Part shown: positions 8,895 to 17,752 of the stretch, piece after piece
Layout of the letters: each line of letters starts with the position of its first letter
Numbering within the stretch: the first letter of the stretch is position 1
Virus record (IMG/VR): IMGVR_UViG_3300006162_000011
DNA from: a virus
Length of the DNA: 64,000 nt
Strand: one strand, 5' to 3'
Position numbers and translations under genes: made by a program
The notes under the pieces: model-generated
Databases searched by the model: none
The model's input: the letters and a program-made list of their open reading frames with translations, nothing else
What the model was told of the DNA's origin: nothing

Positions 8895-9410
8895 ATGCCA
8901 TCGCTGACGCCAGAGCTTGACCAGAATCTTGCCTACGTTTTCTGCCCGCATTGTAGGCAGCAAGGTACGCCGAACACGCCGCTGACACGCGACGGCACGG
9001 GAGCGATCAAGTGTCAATTCGGGCACGGGCCGTTCGACGGCAACAGTCTGGTTGCGACTGGTGCAGAAATGGTGAAGTCGAGCACACTGTATACCGAGCA
9101 GCCCACGATCACGGACGTGAAATGGCCGATTTGGGTGAACCCGGAAATCAAGACCAAGCTGGAACGCAAATTCGCCGGACGCCACATGGTGACGATTGCG
9201 ACGTTTCTGGCCGCGTTGTCCGACGACTCCATTGTGTTAATTACCGGCGAACAGGCCATGGAGCTGAGAAAACTTGGCGTCAAGAACGGAGCCGAGATGC
9301 TGGCGGTAGTCAAGTCCGCGAAGGAAACCGAGTCTCAGCTTCAGGACGCCAACAAGACCATTGAGCGGTTCATGACCATGGTGCACGCCGCCGGGGTGCC
9401 GGGGGCGTAG
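8895..9410 (+). CDS. hypothetical zinc-ribbon protein
   Basis: ATG 8895 lies just after the previous TAA. 'CPHCRQQG...IKCQFGHG' metal-binding-like N-terminus. Confidence 0.55.
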   Translation: MPSLTPELDQNLAYVFCPHCRQQGTPNTPLTRDGTGAIKCQFGHGPFDGNSLVATGAEMVKSSTLYTEQPTITDVKWPIWVNPEIKTKLERKFAGRHMVTIATFLAALSDDSIVLITGEQAMELRKLGVKNGAEMLAVVKSAKETESQLQDANKTIERFMTMVHAAGVPGA

Positions 9411-9471
9411 CCGAGAACGTGTCACGTTATTGACCTTCCCCCGTTCTGTGCTATCTTTGTCCTGAGTCGCC

Positions 9472-11364
9472 ATGGCTACGAGTCTAACGCTCCCGGATAT
9501 TAGCAACGACCAGTCGCAACTACCCGAACCACCTCCTACCCCCGCTGGTCTGTCCGAAGCCCAAGCGCAAAGGTTGGAGAACGATATCCTCGCGTATACG
9601 GACAAGCTGTTCGAGTCCGCGACCCAAGACCGAGAATTCGAATCGTCCGTCAAGTCAACGTTCCGCGCCATCGACGCCTTGGACGGCCGCATGTGGGGGC
9701 CGAGCGCGAGACGTGGCCGCAACCGTCCCGTACTCCCCAAAACTGAGCGCCTCTTCTGGGACGGCGTCGGACTGCTGACGGATCTCGCTATCGACTTTCA
9801 AGTCCGGATGTGGAATCACCTCAACGACTACTCGGACTTCGAAAAACTCCTGAACTCGCTCATCACGCACTGGGTTCAGAAAAACGGTTACGAGGACAAC
9901 CAGTACGACGTGATCTTGTACGGCATCTTACACACTGGCCCCGCAAAGATACAATGGAAATCCAGCCTCAACGGCGGACTCGGCGACGTAGACATGGTGC
10001 CGATCGCACCGTGGCAATACGCGACAATCGGCAGCGGTGGCAAGACCCAAGACTCCGAGTGCATCATATATTTCCCTGTCGTCACCAAAGAATCTCTCAT
10101 CCGTACGTACGGTCAGACTGCGCGCCGCGTCCAGTGTGATTCGGACTTCTCGGGTGGCGCTTTGCAAGGTCAGTTCAGCCGTCCGTCTGGCATCAACTCG
10201 ACGCAATGGGCCGGGATGGCGCAAACCCTAAAGACCGCGCTGGGGATTAAGAAAAACATATCCTCGGACGACACGCCGTTTCCGATGGCGTTGAAGCGTG
10301 AATTCTGGTTGAACGACGATGGTGTCAATGACAGGAGTTACACGGTTACCGTCGGGCCGTCGGACGCCAAGGGGAACCCACGTGTGAATTGGGCGTACCG
10401 CGTTGAGCCTGGTGAGCGGCTATACCCGCGAGGTCGCGTCATCATCACCGCCGGCGGCTGCGTGCTCGAAGACCAGCCCAATCCATACTGGCACGCGATG
10501 AAACCGTTTCCCGTGTATCGTCCTCTGCGCGTGCCGTGGAAAATGTTAGGGCAGTCGAGTATACGCCCGTGGATGCAGATGAACAGCATCATCAACCGCG
10601 TCCTCGGCGGAATGCAGGATTATCTGGATGCCGTCATCGAACCGACACTCGTTGGGCCGAAAGGTGCCATGCCCGCCGCAGACTGGGATGCGCTGGACGC
10701 TGGTGCATCGGGCGGCAAAATCAAGTACAACAACAACGCGCCGAAACCGCCCGAGTTCATGAAGAAGGCCGAGTTCCCGATAGCAGCGGCACAACAGTTC
10801 ATCGACAAGGTTGACCGCGAGCTTGACATGAACAGCGGCTCGTCTGCAATCCAGCAAGCCATGAGCAAGAAGCAAGTCCCCGGATCGGACTCGCTCGACA
10901 CGATTCTCAATTCGCGCTCGCTGCCGATTCGTGTCAAGTCTCGTGCGCTGGCTTCGTTCGCGGAAGAGGGCGGTGCCATGGTGATCGCCGACATGTTGCA
11001 GTTTTATTCGGTTAGTCACAGAGTCAACATTCTGGGCGCAAAGGGATTTTCGAGTTCGGATTTCACCCCGATTTACGGAAGCGGTCTTCCATCTGGGATG
11101 AAACCGGAAGAGTACGTGCGCCAGTTTAGCGGTACTGTAAAAAGGGACACGATACTGGAATCACAGAAAGAGGCCAAGAAGCAAACAGCGTTGGTACTCG
11201 CGAAAATGGGGAAACTGTCCGACCGTAATCTGTTTAGGATTCTCGACGACTCGTTCGATTTTGAAAGCAACCGCCGCGATCTGCTTGCCGAGGCCAAGGA
11301 CAAGATTCTGGTGGCGGCGGCAGCGGCGGCAGTTCAGGGGAAAGGGCAGCACAAAAAAGGCTAG
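9472..11364 (+). CDS. portal protein (by size and position)
   Basis: 630-aa ORF following terL and preceding the scaffold/capsid genes. No motif-level proof. Confidence 0.7.
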   Translation: MATSLTLPDISNDQSQLPEPPPTPAGLSEAQAQRLENDILAYTDKLFESATQDREFESSVKSTFRAIDALDGRMWGPSARRGRNRPVLPKTERLFWDGVGLLTDLAIDFQVRMWNHLNDYSDFEKLLNSLITHWVQKNGYEDNQYDVILYGILHTGPAKIQWKSSLNGGLGDVDMVPIAPWQYATIGSGGKTQDSECIIYFPVVTKESLIRTYGQTARRVQCDSDFSGGALQGQFSRPSGINSTQWAGMAQTLKTALGIKKNISSDDTPFPMALKREFWLNDDGVNDRSYTVTVGPSDAKGNPRVNWAYRVEPGERLYPRGRVIITAGGCVLEDQPNPYWHAMKPFPVYRPLRVPWKMLGQSSIRPWMQMNSIINRVLGGMQDYLDAVIEPTLVGPKGAMPAADWDALDAGASGGKIKYNNNAPKPPEFMKKAEFPIAAAQQFIDKVDRELDMNSGSSAIQQAMSKKQVPGSDSLDTILNSRSLPIRVKSRALASFAEEGGAMVIADMLQFYSVSHRVNILGAKGFSSSDFTPIYGSGLPSGMKPEEYVRQFSGTVKRDTILESQKEAKKQTALVLAKMGKLSDRNLFRILDDSFDFESNRRDLLAEAKDKILVAAAAAAVQGKGQHKKG

Positions 11365-11858
11365 ACAACGTGCTTCCATGATTTACCGCTGCGGGCCATG
11401 CAGATCGCTGCCTGACTAACGCCGAATACGGCTGCGAGTTCTCTAATCTTTAAGCCCTTTAGACTCCGTATCTGTTTCACTTTTTCCTCATTTAGTTTGG
11501 ACATGGGCTGTCGTGACCCGTGCACGTTTCGACCGGCATCAATTGCATCCTGCATGTTCTGTTGGTGTGTGCCTATCGATAGGTGCTTCGGGTTTACGCA
11601 CGGCGGGTTGTGACAACTGTGACGAACTTCCAGTCCTTTCGGCACCTCACGGCCATTGAATAATTCCCAAGCCGCGATACTTGCGTGCTGCCTTCTGCCG
11701 TTCTTCGTCACTCTTCCGTATCCGGTTCCGTTTACGTAACCGGGGCCATCCTGATTAAACGTAAACGGTATACAATCGTCGGTCTGTGTCCTAATTAGTT
11801 CAACGAGAGTCTTGAGTGCATCTCCGGGAGCGTTTACTTTACGTGGGGTATCCCACAA
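11361..11858 (-). CDS. HNH homing endonuclease (HNH_3-type) with C-terminal HTH
   Basis: 'GYGRVTKNGRRQHASIAAWELF...VRHSCHNPPCVNPKHLSIGTHQQNMQD', then 'IRELAAVFGVSQAAICMARSG'. Its stop shares the CTAG at 11361-11364 with the portal stop. Confidence 0.85.
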   Translation of the reverse strand: MWDTPRKVNAPGDALKTLVELIRTQTDDCIPFTFNQDGPGYVNGTGYGRVTKNGRRQHASIAAWELFNGREVPKGLEVRHSCHNPPCVNPKHLSIGTHQQNMQDAIDAGRNVHGSRQPMSKLNEEKVKQIRSLKGLKIRELAAVFGVSQAAICMARSGKSWKHVV

Positions 11859-12067
11859 AGGGGTGGAGCATCCTTGACAGAACGCGGCCTCTTACTCATT
11901 CCCTTCTGTCTCCACACGTTTCCGCAACGTAGACAAGTTAGAATCGGGCGGGGGTCGATCTCTGGCTTACGCGATTCTATGTAGGCTTTACCATAGCAGG
12001 CGCGACACAGACCTCGACCCACTTTTCGCTCGTTGTGATTACACGGTTCGGGCCACTCGAAGCTCAT
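11834..12067 (-). CDS. hypothetical zinc-finger protein
   Basis: 'GLCRACYGKAY...LTCLRCGNVW'. ATGA overlap with the upstream small ORF and 25-nt overlap with the HNH gene. Confidence 0.5.
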   Translation of the reverse strand: MSFEWPEPCNHNERKVGRGLCRACYGKAYIESRKPEIDPRPILTCLRCGNVWRQKGMSKRPRSVKDAPPLCGIPHVK

Positions 12068-12219
12068 CGGTTCGCCTTCGGTAATGGTCGTACTCTCGGT
12101 TTATTCCAGTAGCGCGATTTACATTTCGGGCACTGCATCGGCTCGGTCTTGAGAACTCTTCTACACCACGTGTGCTGGCATCGATTACATTTCAACTCGT
12201 ACGGTATCGGCGTTTTCAT
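12064..12219 (-). CDS. 51-aa zinc-ribbon protein (below the ORF-track cutoff)
   Basis: Hand translation gives MKTPIPYELKCNRCQHTWCRRVLKTEPMQCPKCKSRYWNKPRVRPLPKANR. Has a CxxC...CxxC pattern. The stop overlaps the next ATG (ATGA at 12064-12067). Confidence 0.5.
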   Translation of the reverse strand: MKTPIPYELKCNRCQHTWCRRVLKTEPMQCPKCKSRYWNKPRVRPLPKANR

Positions 12220-12225
12220 GTGCCT

Positions 12226-12254
12226 ATTATATCACTATCATCGTCAATTGACGA
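12226..12254 (-). promoter_or_regulatory. promoter candidate with perfect TATAAT, plus 14-bp perfect palindrome TCGTCAATTGACGA
   Basis: On the minus strand, TATAAT (12231-12226) lies 6 nt before ATG 12219. The palindrome at 12241-12254 carries TTGACG on both strands, in the divergent intergenic gap. Confidence 0.4.
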
Positions 12255-12435
12255 TTTTTACCACTTCAGCACATAGCCATTTCCAGCGTTTCAATTTATC
12301 CCGCACGGTGTGCTATTACTCCTCTTGAGAGAAGACAGCACGACAGAACGACTTGCCGCGCTTAATCTTTCAGGGAGCGGAGAGATCACCCTCTGCCAAG
12401 GAACTAGAATCCTAAACTTGAAAGGAGACCTGCTC

Positions 12436-12495
12436 ATGGCCCGACGCAAAGGACGCGGCAAGAAACGTCATGGCGGCCGCAAGGGCAAGCGGTAG
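12436..12495 (+). CDS. 19-aa polybasic micro-ORF (MARRKGRGKKRHGGRKGKR)
   Basis: AAAGGAGA at 12421-12428 lies 7 nt upstream of ATG 12436. 13 of 19 residues are Arg/Lys/His. Confidence 0.3.
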   Translation: MARRKGRGKKRHGGRKGKR

Positions 12496-12599
12496 TATTC
12501 GCTTTCCTAAGTCACCCGCACGAAATTCCACGGGGGTGAGTGGCTGATCCCGCTCACCTCCACTGAATAAAACCAGATCAGATTTACAGGAGTCCTACT

Positions 12600-12815
12600 G
12601 TGGCGAAAAACAAAGAAGTCGCAACCGGCGGCAACAAAAAGTCCCGCGAGGAATCCTTCGGCGGATCGCCCGGTAACGTGGCGGTCGCGGGCGGCACGAT
12701 GCACAAGTTCGGTCACACCATTCACGATGGTGTGTGGCCTACGTCGCCTGTCTCCGTTGACCAGAAGACCGGCTACCCGAAGGGCTACCAGAACGAGAAG
12801 AAGACGAAGCTGTAG
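12600..12815 (+). CDS. hypothetical protein
   Basis: GTG 12600 is preceded by AGGAG (12588-12592). 71-aa basic protein. Confidence 0.45.
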   Translation: MAKNKEVATGGNKKSREESFGGSPGNVAVAGGTMHKFGHTIHDGVWPTSPVSVDQKTGYPKGYQNEKKTKL

Positions 12816-12829
12816 TCTGATCGCGCTCA

Positions 12830-13240
12830 ATGGCTGACAAGTCCAAATCCGGCGGCGGCCCTCCAGCACCGAGTTTCTACTCGGCGGCCGCGTCCATGGA
12901 TGGCGGCGGCAAGAAGCCTGACTCCGGTGCCGCTCCGAACACCGCTGGCGGCGCGCAAGGCGAGAAAGTCAAAAACATCCAAGTCCTGCTCGAAGTGTTC
13001 GGCAAGCTCGAAAAGGGCGAGGAAGATCCCGATTCCAAGGCCATGATTCAGTCGATGGCGGACACGGCCAAGAAGTATTTGGATAAACTCCAAGGCAATG
13101 ACAAGAAAGGTCCAGCGGGCGCGCCAGCAACAGGCGAGGCCGGATCGGGCGGTATGGGAACGGGCGCAGGCGCAGGCGGACCAGAAGCAGGCGCGGCACA
13201 ACCTCCAGCGGGTGTTGGCGCACCCGGTGGCATGGCGTAA
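12830..13240 (+). CDS. hypothetical G/A/P-rich protein (head-assembly module)
   Basis: 136-aa ORF with a helical core 'VKNIQVLLEVFGKLEKGEEDPDSKAMIQSMADTAKKYLDKL' flanked by low-complexity Gly/Ala/Pro tracts. Confidence 0.55.
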   Translation: MADKSKSGGGPPAPSFYSAAASMDGGGKKPDSGAAPNTAGGAQGEKVKNIQVLLEVFGKLEKGEEDPDSKAMIQSMADTAKKYLDKLQGNDKKGPAGAPATGEAGSGGMGTGAGAGGPEAGAAQPPAGVGAPGGMA

Positions 13241-13278
13241 TTGGCGTGACACACTAACGACGAGGAGACAACGATTAT

Positions 13279-14100
13279 ATGGCGAAGACGGCTTACGAAC
13301 AGCTACTCGATCTTCTGGGCGATGACCCAGATACACGCGCAAAGGTGCAGGCGAAGCTCGCGGCCAATCCGAAGCTGATCGCCGAGGACGCATTCACGAC
13401 TGAGTTGTTTGGTATTTACAAAGGCGTCGGAGACGGAACGACGACAGAGACAGTAGTGCCCCCGGCGGCCGCTGTTGCGGCTCCCGCAGTCCACGTTCCG
13501 ACGGTGCCGAACACGGTCACCACGACCGCTGCCCCGATTACGACAACCACATCTACCGACAGCGCTGCGATTCTGGCGGCCCTGAACTCTCTCAAGACAT
13601 CCGTGGACGACCGTATGAAAAACCTGGTCACCATGGACAAAGTCACCGAACTCGGTGCCGGTCTCGTGAACCAGGCTGCGGTTCAAGCACTCCGTCAAGC
13701 GGACGAAATCTACACGATTCGGGACACGCATCGTCAAGAATTCGGTGAGACCTTTGATCGCGCAGCGTTCGAGAAGTTCGTGACCGACGCGTCCGATCCG
13801 ACCACGAAGCGCAACAAGTATCCGACGCTGACCGACGCGTACAACGCGATGGTTGCCGAGAAGCGTATCGCGGCTAAAATCGCCAAGGGCGTCGAGGAAG
13901 GCACCAAGCAGAAATTGTCAGGTCTTATCGTGCCCGGCCAGACGACGACAGTGTCCCTGTCGCCCGCGCAACAGGTTCTGAAGAAAGCCGCAGCGCGTGA
14001 TGGTGACGGCGCAGGCAGCGCAAAGGAACGCGCCATGAATCAACTGGCGGCACTGGAGCGCGCGCGGGAAGCGGCTGGCGGATCGGCAACGGTGCAATAA
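13279..14100 (+). CDS. scaffolding protein candidate
   Basis: 273-aa, largely helical-looking protein between portal and capsid genes. GAGGAG Shine-Dalgarno. No protease gene seen nearby. Confidence 0.55.
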   Translation: MAKTAYEQLLDLLGDDPDTRAKVQAKLAANPKLIAEDAFTTELFGIYKGVGDGTTTETVVPPAAAVAAPAVHVPTVPNTVTTTAAPITTTTSTDSAAILAALNSLKTSVDDRMKNLVTMDKVTELGAGLVNQAAVQALRQADEIYTIRDTHRQEFGETFDRAAFEKFVTDASDPTTKRNKYPTLTDAYNAMVAEKRIAAKIAKGVEEGTKQKLSGLIVPGQTTTVSLSPAQQVLKKAAARDGDGAGSAKERAMNQLAALERAREAAGGSATVQ

Positions 14101-14101
14101 C

Positions 14102-14498
14102 ATGGCCCAGAACAAGATTCCGCAGGCTGAATTCGACGCAAAGATCGCGGTGGTCACCGAGATCGACTGGGCGCGTCTCGCCGCTTTTGTAGACGGTGAA
14201 GGTTCGGCAATTTGCGACAGCGGGTTCGACACTGTCGAAACAGTGCGGTGTCGTTAACCGCAAGAACGTGATGTCGTGGCGTCAGTTCGAGGAACGCGCT
14301 GCCGAAATCATCCGGCATATCATGCCGTACCTGATTATGAAACGCGAGCAAGCGGAAATTGCGCTCGCGTATAGAGAGTTACGCAAGACAGGATCAAAGG
14401 GGCGCAAGCTCACACAAGTCGATTTGGAGATGCGTGAGAGCTTTCGTGACAAGATGTGCTCGTTGAATTCTGGAGATTGGGATCGACAGGAGAAATAG
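14102..14498 (+). pseudogene. LAGLIDADG-type homing endonuclease-like gene, split over two frames
   Basis: Frame 1 (14102-14257) gives MAQNK...'LAAFVDGEGSAICDSG' and ends at TAA. Frame 2 (14196-14498) gives '...WRQFEERAAEIIRHIMPYLIMKREQAEIALAYREL'. Together they resemble one single-motif LAGLIDADG enzyme. Confidence 0.45.
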
Positions 14499-14500
14499 TC

Positions 14501-15478
14501 ATGGCCTTAACAATCAATGACGTGACTGCCGTCACGACACAATACATCAGCCCCGAATTTGTAGACAACTATTTCCGTGTCAGCCCCACCTTTGTCAAAG
14601 TGTGGAAGGGCGGCTCCATGACCAAGCCCTTCCCTGGCGGCACGCAGATTCAAGTCCCCTTCCAGTTTGCGCCGCTGAAAGCTGGCCCGTTCCCTCCGGG
14701 TGGTGTGTTTGACATCAGCTACATCCAGACACAAACTGCCATGACGTTTAACGTCAAGTTCTCGTACGCGAACGTCACCGTGCGCGGCACCGACTTCGTG
14801 CTGAACCGCGGGTACGCGGCGATCATGAATTATCTGGAACCCAAGATCGTCAACGCCGAGCAGGCGCTGGCTCAGTCTCTCGTCACTCAGTTCTTCGCCG
14901 ACGGTCAAGGCACAGTCACGCCTCTCATTGCTCTGGACGGTATCCTCGCCGGCTACGACGATGGCACCAACTACGCGTCGTACGGCGGCATCACGCGATC
15001 GGCTATCGGCGTCGGTGCCTCCACGGGCATCAACGGCTACTACTATTCGAATTCGGCAACCACCTGGCCGTTCTCGTTGCAGCAGCTCCAGACGGCATAC
15101 GGTCAGGCGACGTTCGGCCCCGATCAGCCGAACTTTATCGCCACCACGCAGTCCATCTATAACTCGTTCTGGGCGAAGATGCTGCCGATGCAGAGAACGA
15201 CCGCGCAAGACCCTGAGTTGCAGGGCGCCGGATTCACGAGTTTCAAGTTCAACGGGATGTCGGTTGTCGTCGATCAATACTGCCCGAGCGGCTACGTGTT
15301 CGGAATGAACACCGACTTCATCGACGCCTACGTGACCGAAGATCCGAAGTTCGCGTTCGGGTTCACGGGATTCAAAGAACACCCGAACTCGGTCGATATC
15401 GCGGGCCAGTCGCTTTTCGGTGGCAACGTGGTCGTTACCGCTCCCCGGCTCGGTTTCATCCTTGCGTCAGTCCAGTAA
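14501..15478 (+). CDS. major capsid protein candidate
   Basis: ATG 14501 is preceded by AGGAGA. 325-aa ORF downstream of the scaffold candidate. Followed by two small structural-looking ORFs and a terminator. Confidence 0.7.
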   Translation: MALTINDVTAVTTQYISPEFVDNYFRVSPTFVKVWKGGSMTKPFPGGTQIQVPFQFAPLKAGPFPPGGVFDISYIQTQTAMTFNVKFSYANVTVRGTDFVLNRGYAAIMNYLEPKIVNAEQALAQSLVTQFFADGQGTVTPLIALDGILAGYDDGTNYASYGGITRSAIGVGASTGINGYYYSNSATTWPFSLQQLQTAYGQATFGPDQPNFIATTQSIYNSFWAKMLPMQRTTAQDPELQGAGFTSFKFNGMSVVVDQYCPSGYVFGMNTDFIDAYVTEDPKFAFGFTGFKEHPNSVDIAGQSLFGGNVVVTAPRLGFILASVQ

Positions 15479-15533
15479 AACGGACTGGTTGGACGGGATT
15501 TGCAACAGATTTTCGCAGTAACGGAGACACACT

Positions 15534-16166
15534 ATGTTGGCAAATGAATTTCCGGTAATCGGCCCGAATGCCCTCGGCAACGTGTTTGGCGTAGTCGATA
15601 CTTACTCGACAGCAGCGGGATACAACGGGGCGCTTAACGGTGCGCTGAATCCGCTCGGTTCTCTGTGGACGATTCCGTCGCCGTCGCAAGGCGGCAACAC
15701 CACGCTGGCGACCGCCGCTGGCTACGGTTCTTGGATGACGGTCAAATACGTCAGGTATAACTCTACCGCCAACCCCGCCATGGTCGCCGGTCCCGCCCCC
15801 GTCTATTACACGGACGAGACTTTCACCGTGGTCTCCGGCGTGTTCTCGGAAGGCATTGTGGCGGCCACCGGTTCCGCGAACTCTATCGCCGGATGGCTGC
15901 TGCCGAACACAGGCACGGTCGCTGGCGTCGGACTGGGCACGGGCGTCACGGCAGCGCTGCTCAACGGCAACTATGTGTTCATCGCCGTCATGGGGTTTGT
16001 GCCGAAATGCTATCTCGCCGCCGGAGCGCAATCGAACTCGATCATGGGCGCTACCGGTAACTTCACGGTCGCTGTCACCACGGGCGTTAACCGTCCCGCA
16101 GGCATGATCTGGGGTGCGGTGTCGTCCAACATCGGCGACGTGCTGGCGACAGTGGGTCTGTACTAA
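15534..16166 (+). CDS. hypothetical virion protein (possible capsid accessory/decoration)
   Basis: 210-aa G/A/T/V-rich ORF directly after the capsid candidate. Confidence 0.6.
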   Translation: MLANEFPVIGPNALGNVFGVVDTYSTAAGYNGALNGALNPLGSLWTIPSPSQGGNTTLATAAGYGSWMTVKYVRYNSTANPAMVAGPAPVYYTDETFTVVSGVFSEGIVAATGSANSIAGWLLPNTGTVAGVGLGTGVTAALLNGNYVFIAVMGFVPKCYLAAGAQSNSIMGATGNFTVAVTTGVNRPAGMIWGAVSSNIGDVLATVGLY

Positions 16167-16207
16167 TAGTGGTGTCGGTAATCGGCCACCAGTAAGGAGA
16201 TTCGAAC

Positions 16208-16579
16208 ATGGCGCTACAAAATCCACTTCCCAGAGTACAAGAGAGTCACGTACTCTTGGGGCTCGGGCTCCAGCAACAGACGTTCCTGATCGCGCCGGGT
16301 GTGTCGGATTACGTCACTGGCGGCTATGTGATTTCATCGCAATCGTGCGGCCTCAAGAACATTCAGACCGCGTGGGTATCGGGCGCGAACGCCACCGCCA
16401 TTGCCACGTGGGGCGCGCAGCCACTGTTCGCGCTCGCGCAGCTTGCTACATCCGGTGCTGGATTCACGGGGTATTCGCAGTTGCTATTTTACGTGTACGT
16501 CCTGAACGGCGGCGCGCAGGCCGCGAGCGGCGCGAACCTGACAGGAGCGATCTGGGAATTGACAGTTCAGGGCTATTAG
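16208..16579 (+). CDS. hypothetical virion protein
   Basis: 123-aa ORF with an AGGAGA Shine-Dalgarno. Last gene before the terminator. Confidence 0.6.
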   Translation: MALQNPLPRVQESHVLLGLGLQQQTFLIAPGVSDYVTGGYVISSQSCGLKNIQTAWVSGANATAIATWGAQPLFALAQLATSGAGFTGYSQLLFYVYVLNGGAQAASGANLTGAIWELTVQGY

Positions 16580-16623
16580 TACTTTAGCCTGCAGACGTTG
16601 TACTCGTCGCCAACGCCACCAGG

Positions 16624-16651
16624 GAGGCTCGGAATATCGGGCCTCTTTGTT
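16624..16651 (+). terminator. rho-independent terminator candidate
   Basis: GAGGCTCG-GAATAT-CGGGCCTC forms an 8-bp stem with one G:U pair, followed by TTTGTT. Located after the capsid-module genes. Confidence 0.5.
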
Positions 16652-16719
16652 AAATATAAGATTTGCCTACGGGCTGGGCTAGGTGCCCGGCCCTTGTTGT
16701 TTTAGACTGGTTTCAGCGA

Positions 16720-17742
16720 ATGACTATCGTTAACCAAATCGTGCCCAACGGCCAGCAGCCATACGCCAACCAGATGAACTTTGGCCAGTTGCTGGGTCGC
16801 GTCAACGGCTACAATCCCGAGTGTAGCCCGAGTGTCGTTGCCAACCTTATCAACAATGTCGTGCGCCGTGTTTACGACCGCCGCTCCGGTCGCTGGTATG
16901 GGCTAATGACAAAAGGCCAGATCGTGACACCGGGATTTTACTCGACGGGCATTGTGTCGGTGATACTGGGATCGACTATGGTTACAGGCACTGGCACGTC
17001 ATTCACACCCGCCATGGTCGGCCAGCAGTTCCGCATGAACTACACGGCACCGATCTACAACATCGTCGCGTTCATCGACGCCACGCATCTTCAGCTTGAG
17101 CTGCCGTGGGGGAACCCGACGCAGTCTTCCAGCGGCTACTACATTACGTCTTATTACTATTCGTTCCCGAACGTGCGCGTGCTTTACTCGGTCAAAAATT
17201 TGCAGATGTATTTTCGCATGGCGACCGGTGTTCCGCAGAACTTGCTGGAGAATTGGGATCCGTCACGGTTGCTCATGATGTTTCCGTACGTGGTGGCGTC
17301 AATGCCCCCGGATGCGTCGGGTAATTTTCAAGTCGAGTTGTGGCCGGTACCGAACGTCCAGCAGGTCTACCCATATCTGGCGTACATACAGCCACCGAAC
17401 CTCGTTGACGATCTCGACAATCTCCCGGCGTTTATTAGGGGCGATATTATCGAACTCGGTGCCGTGGCTGAGGTTCTGCTATACAAGCCGAAAAACAATC
17501 CTGCGTACTCCGAGAGCATGGCGATGGAAATGTCAAAGCGTTTCTCGGGCATGTTCGAGGCCGAGTTGCAGCACGCGGCGGCCATCGACGAGGGGTTGTT
17601 CAGAAACGATATTCTGACGCGAGAAGAGTCAATGCCGTTTGTGAATCTGGACTACGGTACAGGCGCATATCTGGGCGTTGGTGGCGGCGGGTTCTTGGCG
17701 GCCATGAGCCCGGTGAGCGCGTACAACGATTGGGATTATTAG
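16720..17742 (+). CDS. hypothetical structural protein
   Basis: ATG 16720 ('MTIVNQIV...'), 340 aa. First gene after the terminator. Confidence 0.6.
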   Translation: MTIVNQIVPNGQQPYANQMNFGQLLGRVNGYNPECSPSVVANLINNVVRRVYDRRSGRWYGLMTKGQIVTPGFYSTGIVSVILGSTMVTGTGTSFTPAMVGQQFRMNYTAPIYNIVAFIDATHLQLELPWGNPTQSSSGYYITSYYYSFPNVRVLYSVKNLQMYFRMATGVPQNLLENWDPSRLLMMFPYVVASMPPDASGNFQVELWPVPNVQQVYPYLAYIQPPNLVDDLDNLPAFIRGDIIELGAVAEVLLYKPKNNPAYSESMAMEMSKRFSGMFEAELQHAAAIDEGLFRNDILTREESMPFVNLDYGTGAYLGVGGGGFLAAMSPVSAYNDWDY

Positions 17743-17752
17743 GAGGCGACGA

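Noticed and set aside
12535-12558. Hairpin GGTGAG-N12-CTCACC after the polybasic micro-ORF, as a possible terminator.
   Set aside because: The stem is short, the loop is 12 nt and no T-tract follows.
14507-15382. 291-aa minus-strand ORF opposite the capsid gene. The 256-aa ORF at 15456-16226 is similar.
   Set aside because: It is Arg/Gly/Asp-rich with no motifs and lies antisense to a well-supported + strand gene in an unbroken + strand operon. This is a typical shadow ORF of GC-rich DNA.
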